Source of the DNA: Psammoneis japonica
Taxonomy: Eukaryota
Direction: 5' to 3'
Assembly: GCA_008632985.1 (NCBI GenBank)
Contig: QPGO01000053.1
Coordinates: 372,001 to 436,000, forward strand
DNA length: 64,000 nt
The notes under the pieces: model-generated
The model's database searches: none
What the model was told of the DNA's origin: nothing
What the model saw: only the letters and a program-made list of their open reading frames with translations
Made by a program: the position numbers and the translations under genes
Part shown: positions 12,838 through 24,468 of the stretch, piece after piece
Numbering within the stretch: position 1 is the first letter of the stretch
Layout: the number at the start of each line of letters is the position of its first letter

Positions 12838-13275
12838 TCACGTTTGCCTCCCTCGATCTCTTTTCCGAAGAAAACAGAATCTAGTACAGAGGATGGATCA
12901 GTACTCTAGGTGGCGTGAACTGGTGAATCGGCACAAAAAACACACAAGGAGTTTGCACATTGTTATTCTTCTGGTTGGAATCGCAAACAGCAGTAGCATG
13001 CGGTGGCAGAGAGAGTAGCTCGTACGATTGTTGTTCTCAAATTAAAATGAAACTGCAGTGCGATCTGCCGTCGTCTCTCACACAGTCTACTAGAGAGAGC
13101 AACGCTGTAGTGTGTCTATGTCGTAACCGGAGAGAAGAAAAGGAAAAGAAACCCTCGGACTGCGTCTCTCGCTACTCTAGAGAGGTTGGTCTACTAGCTA
13201 GTACAAAGATTATCGAGGAAGCTACCGTATTCCAATACCTTTGGTGCTTCTGATTCTTAACAACATGTTGTGCAG
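12838..13275 (+). repeat. Diverged direct repeat, copy A (left of the cupin gene)
   Basis: Shares tacagaggatggatc, gtctactagctagtaca and gcttctgattctt-acaacatgttgtgc in the same order with 14621-14946. Confidence 0.8.
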
Positions 13276-13690
13276 TATGATATTGAGCTACAAGTGATGT
13301 TAGCTTCTTCACATACCGCATACGTACAGCCTTCGATCAGAGGATGAATCGGTACTAAGCAATAATGCTCAGCTGGGAAGCTTGCATGGCCAGTAGTTTT
13401 TGTCAGACTCAGTGGTCGGCAGGGCTGTAAGTGTGGACATTCTTGCTTTGAAGTAGTGTTTCTCCGGTGCAAGCTTAAATTCTCTTGGTTCCATTCTGCC
13501 ATTGGTGTGCTGCAATACAATATGAGATACATCGCTGCTGTCACAGATGGCACAGGTACGCCGCCAACATCCACCATTCTTATTGTTCTGCCTCGTTTCA
13601 ATACAACATATTGAAAGCGCCCATGATTTACGGTTGACGCCCCCGGAAATCTTGGATTTTTTTCCAGGTGGCGGCGCATAACTCCCCACC

Positions 13691-14419
13691 TTAGAGCTCC
13701 ACTTTATCCACGTGTTCTGCAGCGTCTTCTAAATGGGGAAGAAAATGAGTGCGAAGCTCCCTGAGTAGAGCTTGGTTCTTGGGAGTTCGTGCAACACGGC
13801 GAAACACGAATTTGAACAATCTCCGGAATCGTCCTTCGATCTCTGTCGCCATCATTTGCCCAAGCACCGCCGCCAGGCGGAGAGACGTTATGGGGCCGGG
13901 TTTGTCGAACTCATCTTTGGCGGCATCAACGTTGGCCAGTATCTCCAATCCCTCGTGGAAGCCATCGAAACACGGCCGGGCCTGGGCGCGGAACTTGGCC
14001 GGTCCTTCATCGGATGTCCACCAACGGTGTGCTCGGTTGGGGCCTACGGTTATGGACTCCCCCACACCCAGTGCGACGGGATCGTCACCCCGGATCTTAA
14101 TCTGGAAGTACACTGTCCCCTCAAGTACTTGGGCGAATTCTTCGTACGTCGTATGCCGGTGCATCGGTATCTCATTCCCGGCCGGTGACGAAACGACAAT
14201 CTCCGTGTAAACCCCACCCGTATCCTCGCATTCCTTCATGACGGCAATTGTCGCGTTATCGAGTACATTGACGAAGGTCCGTTTGGGCTCGGTGGCCGTC
14301 GTTATTGACGTGGTGGTGGTTGGGTCGGACGAGGCAGCAGCTGTGTCGTTGGATGCATGGATCGAAATCGCTGCCGTCCACAAACACAAGACAAACTGGC
14401 GGAGAAGCCTTGACATCAT
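13691..14419 (-). CDS. Cupin-domain protein with signal peptide
   Basis: 242-aa intronless ORF with cupin motifs PMHRHTTYEEFAQVLEG and GESITVGPNRAHRW. N-terminal hydrophobic stretch and Thr-rich linker. Confidence 0.85.
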   Translation of the reverse strand: MMSRLLRQFVLCLWTAAISIHASNDTAAASSDPTTTTSITTATEPKRTFVNVLDNATIAVMKECEDTGGVYTEIVVSSPAGNEIPMHRHTTYEEFAQVLEGTVYFQIKIRGDDPVALGVGESITVGPNRAHRWWTSDEGPAKFRAQARPCFDGFHEGLEILANVDAAKDEFDKPGPITSLRLAAVLGQMMATEIEGRFRRLFKFVFRRVARTPKNQALLRELRTHFLPHLEDAAEHVDKVEL

Positions 14420-14620
14420 CGGTAGCTGAGAGCAAGTAACCAGTGTTGGTAGTCTGTATTCTATTTCTGCCGCGGACTAATACTACAAAAGTCGCAAATC
14501 AAATTCATAGCCGATCTGAAAATCTTTGGGAGTACGCTCCCACCAGCCAGCTGAACCCGGATTTTTCGCACCAATATTATTTGCACCGTCGACGGCAAGC
14601 AGATACAGAAGTTTGCTTCT

Positions 14621-14946
14621 TCACGCCGCCTTTGATCTCTTCCGAAAACAAGACCAAATCTACAGAGGATGGATCGGTAAGTGGTGTGAGTTGGAGCGTG
14701 GCTCCATAAAAAGTACCGGCAGAAGTAGTACCGGTACGGTAGTATAGTATAGAACTGTGTGTTGCACAAACAACACAAGAGTTTTGCACATACGCATTTT
14801 TATCGGTTGGACGTAAGTAGAGAGGAAAAGGAGAAGAAAATCGTCAACAGCGTCTCTCTAAGGGTAGTCTACTAGCTAGTACATAAATTATCTGGGAAGC
14901 TATATTCCAACACCTTCTGCTTCTGATTCTTCACAACATGTTGTGC
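14621..14946 (+). repeat. Diverged direct repeat, copy B (right of the cupin gene)
   Basis: Homologous to 12838-13275; see copy A. Confidence 0.8.
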
Positions 14947-15015
14947 TACAATACAAGAACAAATCCTTCTAAATCACAATATTTCCTCCTAAAATTCCAA
15001 CAATCCTTCCCTTTC

Positions 15016-15688
15016 TTACATTCCCATTCCCTCCGCAGCTCCCAGTTCCTTTCCACGCACTCGTGATCTTCCGGCATGGCTTGTGATTCATACACGGTAT
15101 CCACAACCATGCGTTTCATTTTCGTACCCTTCCCCTTGAATCCCACAAAGGTAATTTCGTACAGGATTCTTCTTGTTCCGAATAATTGTCGGCAAAGTAG
15201 AGTGCAATCGACGAAACATTTTGAAAACGCCCCGCCGGCCGTAGCGGATAATCAATCGAACCCTCGACAAAGTGATAGGGTGGCAAACACTCGAGCGTGC
15301 ACTGCGATGGCAACTCTCGCGCGGTTTCAAAATCCAAATCATCACGATCGACAAAGATTTTTACCGTTTTGGGTGCTTCACCAGTACTACTACTGTCTGT
15401 GGTGCTGTTGTTATTGTCAGAACAGCTTCGAATCGAAAGGGATTGAATCGTGACGCTCTCTGTGAAAGGCACGTACAAGAGCAATTCGGCGTCATCCTCG
15501 GGACTCTTGAGGGATGGTGTGGCTGTCAGACGCTCTTCGTGAATTTTGAGCACAGCCTGTCCCATGTTGGCTACATCCTCATTGAGACAGGTCACGTGAG
15601 GAAAATCAATCAAGGGACGAAGAGATAGACCGAGGTCTTCGCCGTGCTCGTGATCATGCGAGTGACCACTGCATTCAGGAGGATCCAT
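15016..15688 (-). CDS. PITHD1: PITH-domain protein (apparent 1-nt deletions near 15160 and 15062)
   Basis: MDPPECSGHSHDHEH..SLRPLID..CLNE..DDAELLLYVPFTESV..PKTVKIFVDRDDLDF. The C-terminus EITFVGFKGKGTKMKR..TVYES continues in another frame. Confidence 0.85.
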
Positions 15689-16130
15689 CGTGATTATTTT
15701 TGCTACTTGTATCGAAAGGTCTATTGAACTTGTGTGTAAAGGGCAGTCAGAGTGTTGAATGGTTCTTTGTAGACGACTTGGTGCGCTGCTTTGACGAGTG
15801 TTGTGTCGTGTGTCATTGTGTGCTCCACTTCTTCGACTGCTGCGGTCTGCGGTCGACAACAGGCTTCTCATCCATCAGATCTTTTCTGGTACAAAAATCG
15901 TATAGATCTCTACGTACAGGATGGAAACTCAGACCGCGCGCGCGCCATCGACTAATTTGACCAAACCATGACACGAGAGGCGCGAACATTGCGGGAACAA
16001 AAAATATGGGTAGCTGACCATCAGAAAAAGAGACAGCCGTTCCATCTTGACCGTTCTTATTCTACACGTATTCCAAACTTATTGTCACGGGTGCTTTGAT
16101 TGCCAACATCACTAACGTTTTAAAAGAAAA

Positions 16131-16890
16131 ATGGCAACGAAAACAACAGGCGAGTCGTCCCTGGAGGAACACATGCTGTTCCCAATCTCTTGTGAATTTT
16201 ACGACCAAATGGAGTCTCTCGATGATATGGTTTCAATGGTACCGTTGACGTATTTTGCCATCATCAAGAGCAGAAAAAAGGGCAAGGAGGATGGAGAAGA
16301 GTTTAAACGCACCAAATTGGTCGCTCGCGAAGCGGTCGAACGAGCAAAACGATTTCATGGAGAATTTGAATGCAATCTTGTTCATGCAATTGCACTGGCA
16401 TATGAAGAAGAGATTCTTGAAGTAGTCAACCACATCTGTTTTGAGTATGGTGAGCGAGCAGAGCATGCATTGCAGCTTCCCACGGTGCAGTGGCACAAGA
16501 CCCGCACCCCGTGATCCAAGACCTCAACGTGACGCCCATTTGTGAAAAGAGCGAGTGCATTGCAAAGCAAAGACGGACGTTCTCGACGTGATTTCGAAAA
16601 TGAGTGAGGTCATGAGAAGCGTCGAAGCGAAACTTGGAAAGGACTTTCCAAACATCCCTGTAGTGCCTGCTGAGGGTGAGATGCCTCGTGTCTGCTGGCA
16701 GTGCGGGAAGGTTGACAGGACGAGAAAACTACGACAGTGTTCGAGATGCAAAAGGGCATACTTCTGCGACAAAGAGTGTCAAAAGGTTGCATGGAAAAAG
16801 CATAAGAAGGAATGTAGACCGCCAGACTCATCAAATAGCAGCAGCTTGCATTTGAGTGAACGACAAATGTCCACCACTTGTCCACCATAG
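16131..16890 (+). CDS. MYND zinc-finger protein (two apparent 1-nt deletions near 16490 and 16565)
   Basis: CWQC..CSRCKRAYFCDKECQKVAWKKHKKEC is a canonical zf-MYND. ORFs 16131..16514 and 16555..16890 join through an intermediate frame (AQDPHPVIQDLNVTPICEKSEC). Confidence 0.75.
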
Positions 16891-17578
16891 ATGGAATTGT
16901 ACATGTTAACTGAGCATCACTCGAGTCGAAAGAAAGAGTGCTGGACGCGAGCATGGAATTTAAGGCAAAGAAACTTGACGAAGTGGTTGTCAACAACTGA
17001 CTCCTCGTACAATTCAAATTTCCGATGGCATCCAACAACTGGGCAGATGGTCTGTTCTTCTTCAGATTCGAAAGTTTACGGCAGTATCCGTTGGCTGTAC
17101 GGTAGGAACACGATCAGTACGCGTCGGCTGGAACAACTGGTAACGAGGAGAGGTTGAACGGGTTTGAAAAACGTCAACGAACATAGCTGTGCCCAACCAC
17201 ACCTCTAGTATGGACCTACAGTACCGGTACGACTTCAGACAATGCATCGTTCGCGTTCGAAAGACGATCCGCATTCGGTAAGTGGGCATCACGCATCTGA
17301 AATTTACACCAAGTCAGTATGATGGCCGTCAGCTACAAGGAATAAATATTGAAGTTCACACTGGTAACAAACTAAACTATCAAATTACGAAGTAATATCT
17401 AAATTCGTTTCATGCAACAAAACATCGAGGGACAGCGAGAACAGAGCTGTAAAGTTGTGGCGCGTTCTTGTTCATTCAAAATTGGTTGGAGATCGAGGCA
17501 ACTGATGCGCAAAATTGCTGCAAAGATACTGCTGAGAGCTGAACGTTTCTCCCAACTCCTTGATTCGAAATAGAGTGC

Positions 17579-19148
17579 TTACTTCTCTTCTTCTTCCTCT
17601 GCTTCGGCGTTGACATCCTCCATGGCCTCTTCATCCGGTTCGGGAACCGAAAGAGTGTTGTTGGCAGCCTTGGTAATTTCAGGGTCGTCTTGTCCAAAGA
17701 TGAGACCAGCATGTCCCTTGATCCTGATACCGACAGAGAGGACGCAAGATCCAAGAATGACGAATCCCATGAGAAGGAAGGCATCTTTGTAGTTGAGTTC
17801 GCGGAAACCCATACCGAAACCGACAGCACCGCAGTTACCACCAGCACCAACGATACCGGCAATGGATCCAGTCGACGGGGGGTCAACGTAGGGGACAATA
17901 CCGTAGGTGGAACCCTCGGCGGCTTGGACAAAGATGGAGAAAACAATCATGATGAAAATGGCAAGTCCAAGGGAACCGGTGTTGGCAAAGATGAGAACCA
18001 TTGCTCCCTCGCAAGCAAGGAAGATGGTGTGGATGAGGATACGGCCGCGCATTCCCATCTTGGCGTTGAACTTATCGGAAGCAAATCCTCCGAGACCACG
18101 AGCGAAAAGGTTCATCCATCCGAAGATGGAGGCAATGGCGGCGGCACTCTCGGTAGACTGACCGAACTCTTCCTTGAAGTAAAGGGCGGTAGCGTTGTTC
18201 ATGGTGAGTTCCACACCGAAGCAGCAGGCGTACTGAATGAAAAGAAGCCAGGTGTTGAAGTTGATAGCACCACTGCGGAATGAGGCAGCAGCAGAAATTT
18301 CAGGCATGGTTCCGTTCCTCTTCATCTCGTGGTAGTTACCCTTGGGTGCGTCATCACTGATAAAGTAAATGGCAACACCAGAGCTAAAGGCAACGACGGC
18401 AGGGACGACGGAGACGGTACGCCATGCCTTTTCGGCATCACCTTAAAGAAAACCTTGAAAAGAGGAAAGAGAGCGGATCCCATGACTAGCTGGGTGACTC
18501 CACCACCCAGGTTACCCCATCCACCGACAAGGGCATTGGCAGTTCCGGCAACCTCCTTGGTGAACATACGGCTCGACCAGTACTGGCACATGACGAAGGA
18601 TCCACCAGCAATTCCGATAAAAAGACGAAGGACGGCAAGTCCAGCCGCAGAATTGACAGTTCCAGTCAAGGCGGTAGGGATGGAGGCAACGCACAAGACG
18701 GCGGTGAAGAGAATGCGAGCTCCCCACTTATCGCAACCGGGTCCAAGGATGAAACGCATAAAGATGGTTCCTCCGACACCGACAATGGAGGAAGTCCAGA
18801 CTTCTTGCTTGGTCAAGTCGAGAGTCTTCTTGATCTCAGAGAGGAGGGGCGCAATGGCGAACCAGATGAAGAAAGCAATGAAGAAACCCCACCACGAGCA
18901 ATGGAAGGCACGCATGTGCGGGCGAGAAAAGTTGCAGAGCTTGATCTCGGTGGCCTTGTCATCTTGATCAGGGTCGACCTCGAGGGTGTACGTCTGGTAC
19001 TTCTTGATCTCCTTCCACTATCGAAAAAAGTAATTGTCAACACGAATATTATGAGTTATGAATGAAAAACAGAAAAAACGGGAAGGTGTCGATCATGCTT
19101 GCTTACCTCGCCATTGTCGACCTCGGGGTTGCTGTTAGTTTCAGACAT
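17579..19148 (-). CDS. NRT2: High-affinity nitrate transporter NRT2 (MFS, NNP family); 1 intron; apparent frameshift near 18445
   Basis: Exon 1 19148-19107, exon 2 from 19017. RPHMRAFH..FFIAFFIWFA, AGTANALVGGWGNLGGG, CFGVELTMNN, NLFARGLGG and GIVGAGGNCG motifs. Confidence 0.95.
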
Positions 19149-20654
19149 GATTTCTGTTTCTTGACTTCTTGCTCAGAGGATCGATGAAAAGTGCGAGCTT
19201 TAGAAAATTGTGAGAGATTGCAGGTGCCACAGAAAAAACTGAAGAGTGGCTGCCGATCGCAGCAGATCGAAACCTCCTCGAGAAAATTGGGAAGATGTGT
19301 GATGGCAAAAAGTTACGTGTCAACTTCCAATGGCGCACGTCAATCTTCCGTAGCGGAACCAAGGTAGAGTGCACATCATCGATGAGCGAACACGTCAGTT
19401 CCACGGATCTTTGGAATACGTCATTCGTTAAGTCATTGGTTGTGACGGTTGCCGATATGACGTTCAGATGACATAATTTGTGTGCCCCTCTTTTCATTTG
19501 TTTAACGAAGAATCAAGCGAGATCGGTTCGCTTTCGTTCATCGACGCATCATTCACTAAGTAAATGCATACTGACGCAGAAAGCAATTCAGATGGTGCGA
19601 TTTATTTTGTTACAAAGTGACGGCATTTCGAACGGAACGTCACGGCCGCAGCGTGTGACCCCGTAGAAACTGTACGTTGGCAGGCTTTCTCCAATCAAAA
19701 GGCCGCAAATGGCAAAAGATGCCGGAATCCAACGCCAATAAAGGCTATAAAGATAGTCAGATCTTTAGGAAAGAACAACACATTTCAAAATTGAAGTGCT
19801 CGAACGAAAAGGGGTCATGGGTCGGTGGCCACCGCGCCTCCGCGTTTTTCAGCGGAATTTGAAAACAGAACTGCGCGCCATTTTTCTGACGCAACGCGGA
19901 ATTCCGACTGCCAGGAGCAGAAAGCAACAGGAGCTGGACGAGCGACTTCACATCGTTAGGGCCCTACTGTATCATGCTGGTAGAAATACCTTACACTTCA
20001 TACACAGAGTTACTGTAATCCACAACATTAACCAGCTTTTATGGATCGGATCAAGCAGTGCATGCAGTAGGGCCCTACCCGCCGCCCCTCCCTTCTTTCA
20101 GAAAATGATTGTGATCAGAACTCGGAATTCCCAGTTGCTACATACAGCACTTTGTACAGTGGCATTGTATAAGATGATGTACTACCAAAACGTACAAGAG
20201 GGAGGTTTAGATTTCCGCAGGATAGCAACTCAATTCGACACTCATTCCATTCTTTTCTTTTTTTTTCAACAAACTTTTTTTTTTTTCAACAAAGGGGAGT
20301 CTATGAGCTAAAGCCAGCCAGGATAAAAAAGAAAGAGAAGCTCGCCTACAAGACTAGGAGTCTCTAGAGATTGGTTGTGCGACGCGTGTAGTTGCGTAAA
20401 TGAATGACTCTTCCTAATCTCTACAACCTACCAGAACTGAAATAATGCTGCTACTTGTTTGTTTGGACGCTCGCTCGACGCATGAACGAGCAGTTCAAGA
20501 ACTCTAACACAATGAGCCTGGAGACGCTTGTCATGTTCAAAGCAATCGCAACAACTGCCAAAACGAACATGATTGCTGCGATGCCAGCCCAAGTATTGGT
20601 ATAAAAGTAACACCTTCAAAGCATGCCTATGTTTGTTGTTTGCGATAGCTTGAT

Positions 20655-21315
20655 TTAGCTTTCAAACATCAAATCCTTCACTTTTTCTGGGACGTCCACT
20701 TTTCTTTGCTCTGGCGTCAAGAGCAAGAATCTTGCTCCCATTTTTCGCAATTTATCCTGCGTGTGTTGCATCACATTGATCTTTATATCACGAGCCATGG
20801 CCAAGTAGTCATTCCCGTGCTTTGCCATGCACTTTGCAATGTAAATCTGATCATTGGTACCTAGAGGCAGCTTTTTCGACTTGTAGGCATCCGAGTCGGG
20901 AATATCAAAAAGTTCGACAATATTTTTCTTTGAAACGTTTTCATCTTTTGTATCTGTACTTATCGTTTGAAGATCTTTGTTGAGTGTCGCGACGAGTCCC
21001 AAAGATTTCAAGTTGGCCGAGGGTGTCTTGGACGGGTCCCAGTTCTTCTTGATGACTTCGTCGGTGTATTGCGGAGGTCTGAAGCGGGTATACGTGTTGT
21101 TCTGTATAACAAAAAGTAATACCGTAGGTTAGTCTATCGTGAGAGAAGAAAATTCATACCATACTGCAGAATGACCGAGAAAGACAGAGCGTCCGCGATG
21201 TCATCTCTAGTAGCTCTCGACAGTCGACAAGGTGAAACGACAAACGACGCACCTTGATTTTTGTACGTCCAATCCGACCCGCTCGTCGTTTCTTGCTGCG
21301 TCCGTGTTTCACCAT
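20655..21315 (-). CDS. NOP16: Ribosome biogenesis protein Nop16
   Basis: Exons 21315-21253 and 21101-20655. Basic N-terminus, WDPSKTPSANLKSLGL and KHGNDYLAMARDIKINVMQHT motifs. Confidence 0.85.
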
Positions 21316-21651
21316 GGTTATCAGAGTGGTTCGTTCGGCACTCTTCGGAGCAGAATTTCAGGGTAATAGACTTGGAAACAGATACTATTGAAGCAAAGCA
21401 GCTGCGATAACCAACAACGACAACATCAACGTCGCCCTTCTTCTTGTCGTCTTGTGTGCTTGCCTGATATTTTTTGAGTGGACGTCGCGGGTGCAATTCG
21501 CGCATTGACGCGCGGTGAGCTCAGATGTAGAAAGGTCCTGAGCTCACGTGTTGGGAGGTTCAGATTTCAGATTTCAGATGAGTTTCCTATCGCTGCGATT
21601 GTATTGTTGGTGAGACTGGTGTTGAAGATAGACGTGGGGTAATTGAGAACG

Positions 21652-22331
21652 ATGTTGTCATCAACAGTAACGAGAGGGTGTTCATTCTTGCTGTGTCGAA
21701 ATTCCGGTGCAGCTTTGAGAACGGCTTCCTGCACTCGTCGTTTTGTTCACGTCGAAAAGAAAATTGAAGAGTTGGGTATCGAAATGCCAAATGCTGCCCC
21801 ACCACGTGCCAACTACAACATTGTTTGCCAAGCGTCTGGAAACATGCTCTATGTTTCTGGTCACATTCCGTTCAAGCCCGATGGGACACTCATGACGGGA
21901 CGTATCGGACCCGAAGGAAGCGACGCAAAACCCCTGCAACACGGATACGAGGCGGCGCGTAATTGTGCTCTCAACATTGTTGCGACACTCAAGGAACAAA
22001 TCGGTGATTTGGACCGTGTTGAACAAATCGTCAAGGTACGAACTTTTTTCAAAATGTGATTTTCGTTTTTGAACATGCCTTAGTCACTAGTTCACACTCT
22101 ATGGTCCGACTTTTTTGCAATGTGTTGATACGGTAGGTGTTTGGCATTGTCAGTTCAACAGAAGATTTCAAAGAGCAGCACTTGGTCATGGATGGATGTT
22201 CAGATGTGCTGATGGAAATCTTTGGGAAGCCGGTCGGATACCACGCTCGTAGTGCCATTGGCACGAATACTCTACCGTTGGACATTTCTGTCGAAGTCGA
22301 AGCCATTGTCCAACTCAAACCGGACGAATAA
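21652..22331 (+). CDS. RidA/YjgF/UK114-family protein with a probable mitochondrial presequence
   Basis: Exons 21652-22035 and 22137-22331. ANY..LYVSGHIP, QHLVMDGCSD and HARSAIGTNTLPLDISVEVEAIV motifs. Confidence 0.9.
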
Positions 22332-22361
22332 TTCACTGACGCTAGATTTAGATTTTTATTT

Positions 22362-23072
22362 TCAATCGCTTTTGACGTTTTTCAGTTGCACAGCCATGTC
22401 GTCCATTGCAAACTGCATTCGTTCTGCTTCCAAAAGGGCATCCTCAAAGAATTTCTCTGGTTTGGTTTTGGCGGCAGAAAATTCAACAAAATTGGCCGAA
22501 TAGCACGATGTATCGGCAGCCACAAGAGCCGAATCAAACTCATTCATTGCTTCTGTGTATTCCACAATATCGTCCGCCACCTCTTGAAGTTCCTTGAGAA
22601 CCTTTTTAATGCCATACAAGCCTGACGACACACCGACCGTGCCCAAGTACCGTCGAACATTGTCGCCGCCACCGTCCTTTACAATGTCGTCGTAGTTATT
22701 GATGAGATACTTTAGCGACTCTTGTGCCTTGTAGAATCGTTTCATGGCATCCGATGTACCCATTGCCTGACCTGCCGTGAATACTTGTGCCTCGGCTGAA
22801 TCATTCGACATGATTACTCCCATGGCGTTTTGTGGAAGAACCAACATTGTCAAGCCCGCAATGCTTTGTTGCAACAGCAATCTACGAGACGTCGTGTCGT
22901 CACCTTGTTCCTAATGAAACGATTTCCCGCTCAGGACGACGCCCGTGCGGCCGTCATTGTTGCACCGTGTTGCTTGAGCCGGTGAGGAATGTATAGAAAA
23001 AGAGAAACCAGGCTCAAGCATGAAGAAGGATGCGACCACAAAAGATAAAATGATTCTTGACAATTCCACCAT
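22362..23072 (-). CDS. Probable plastid thylakoid-lumen protein (in-frame TAG at 22911-22913 in this sequence)
   Basis: Signal peptide, transit peptide, SRR twin-arginine motif and hydrophobic segment. The mature part contains GDNVRRYLGTVG, which I recall from uncharacterised algal plastid proteins. Confidence 0.65.
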
Positions 23073-23768
23073 GTTGAATTACAACTATACTTTGTGTTGT
23101 TGACGTCTGTTTCGCAACAATGGTGCAACCAGCACAAACTCAACCGCAAGAGAACTTGAAGTAGCGTGATTTCGGCGGTTTCTTGTTTTTTGCGTTGCGT
23201 GTTGGCGGGAAAAATCGTCGCGCGCCATAATAATCGCGAGATCGCGCAAGTTCGAGGTTCGCAAGCCTGTGTCGTCGCTGTCGCCTTCATGCGGCACTTC
23301 ATAGACTAGCACTGCGTTTCACTTTTGCTCTAACCGCAACTGCAGGCATAAAAAAGAGCTTTCCGATATTTGCTCTATCTCTCGAGAATAGTCTGGAGCC
23401 ATGTCTTTTTCGAACAAGCGATCGCGAGTGTCTTGTTTCGACAACAACCTTCTGGCAGCTGTGAAGCTGGTCACCGAGACAGCAAATTTCTCGACAGCGA
23501 AGATCTCGGTCACTTCTTGCTGCTCACCTGGACCACCCACCTCCAAATGTTTTGCCAAAGTTGAAATGTAGGCCCCGCATGTAGATTGTGGATGCACGAA
23601 AAATCCACCGCCTGTCAACTCATTCAGCGGCAGCAGCTCTGCGCATTTTCCACCTGCACCTCACACGCACACACACTCACCTGCACAGTCCAATGACCAC
23701 ACTCTGCACACTGTGTGGCACATGCATGAGATCATCTGTTTGATGCAAATTGCATGTGGCACCACAGC

Positions 23769-24003
23769 AGTCACGACTCAATGTCATTCTGGTCGCATCT
23801 CACGACTGCAACCCAGACTCAGATTTTCTCTTCGAAACAATTGGCTCATCACAAAATCGATTCAAACAGAAGCAACGACATTCGTCATAATTTTCTAGAC
23901 AACGACTTTCAACAAGCGTCTGTTTACCTCTGTCGCTGTTCATGTTGCCACCAACCTCCGAGGTCTTGTCCATCCTGCTCAGCTGTGGGACTGCATCTCG
24001 ACT
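23769..24003 (+). repeat. LTR copy 1
   Basis: agtcacgact...catctcgact, 235 bp, near-identical to copies 2 and 3. Confidence 0.95.
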
Positions 24004-24071
24004 GGTTGTAGAGACCAATTTACGCGTTGACGAGAGCTCCTGACCGAGTCATCATCACGGTTGAGAGGGAG

Positions 24072-24306
24072 AGTCACGACTCAACGTCATTCTGGTCGCA
24101 TCTCACGACTGCAACCCAGACTCAGATTTTCTCTTCGAAATAATTAGCTCATCACAAAATCGATTCAAACAGAAGCAACGACATTCGTCATAATTTTCTA
24201 GACAACGACTTTCAACAAGCGTCTGTTTACCTCTGTCGCTGTTCACATTGCCACCAACCTCCGAGGTCTTGTCCATCCTACTCAGCTGCAGGACTGCACC
24301 TCAACT
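24072..24306 (+). repeat. LTR copy 2
   Basis: agtcacgact...cacctcaact, 235 bp. Confidence 0.95.
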
Positions 24307-24468
24307 GGTCACAGAGACCAATTCACGCGTTGACGAGAGCTCCTGACCGAGTCATCGTCACGGACGCTTTCGGTTTTTGATTTTGAAGCAAACCCGGGAA
24401 ATAGCTGAGTCTCTCTCGCTTCTCTCGTCTTCACTCTAACAAGAACCTCCCATGCTGCACTCTCTGTC

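Noticed and set aside
21652..22331. RidA-family 'deaminase' as the enzyme behind the A>G signature
   Set aside because: RidA proteins hydrolyse small enamine/imine metabolites. There is no HxE/PCxxC zinc-deaminase motif, and the protein looks mitochondrial.
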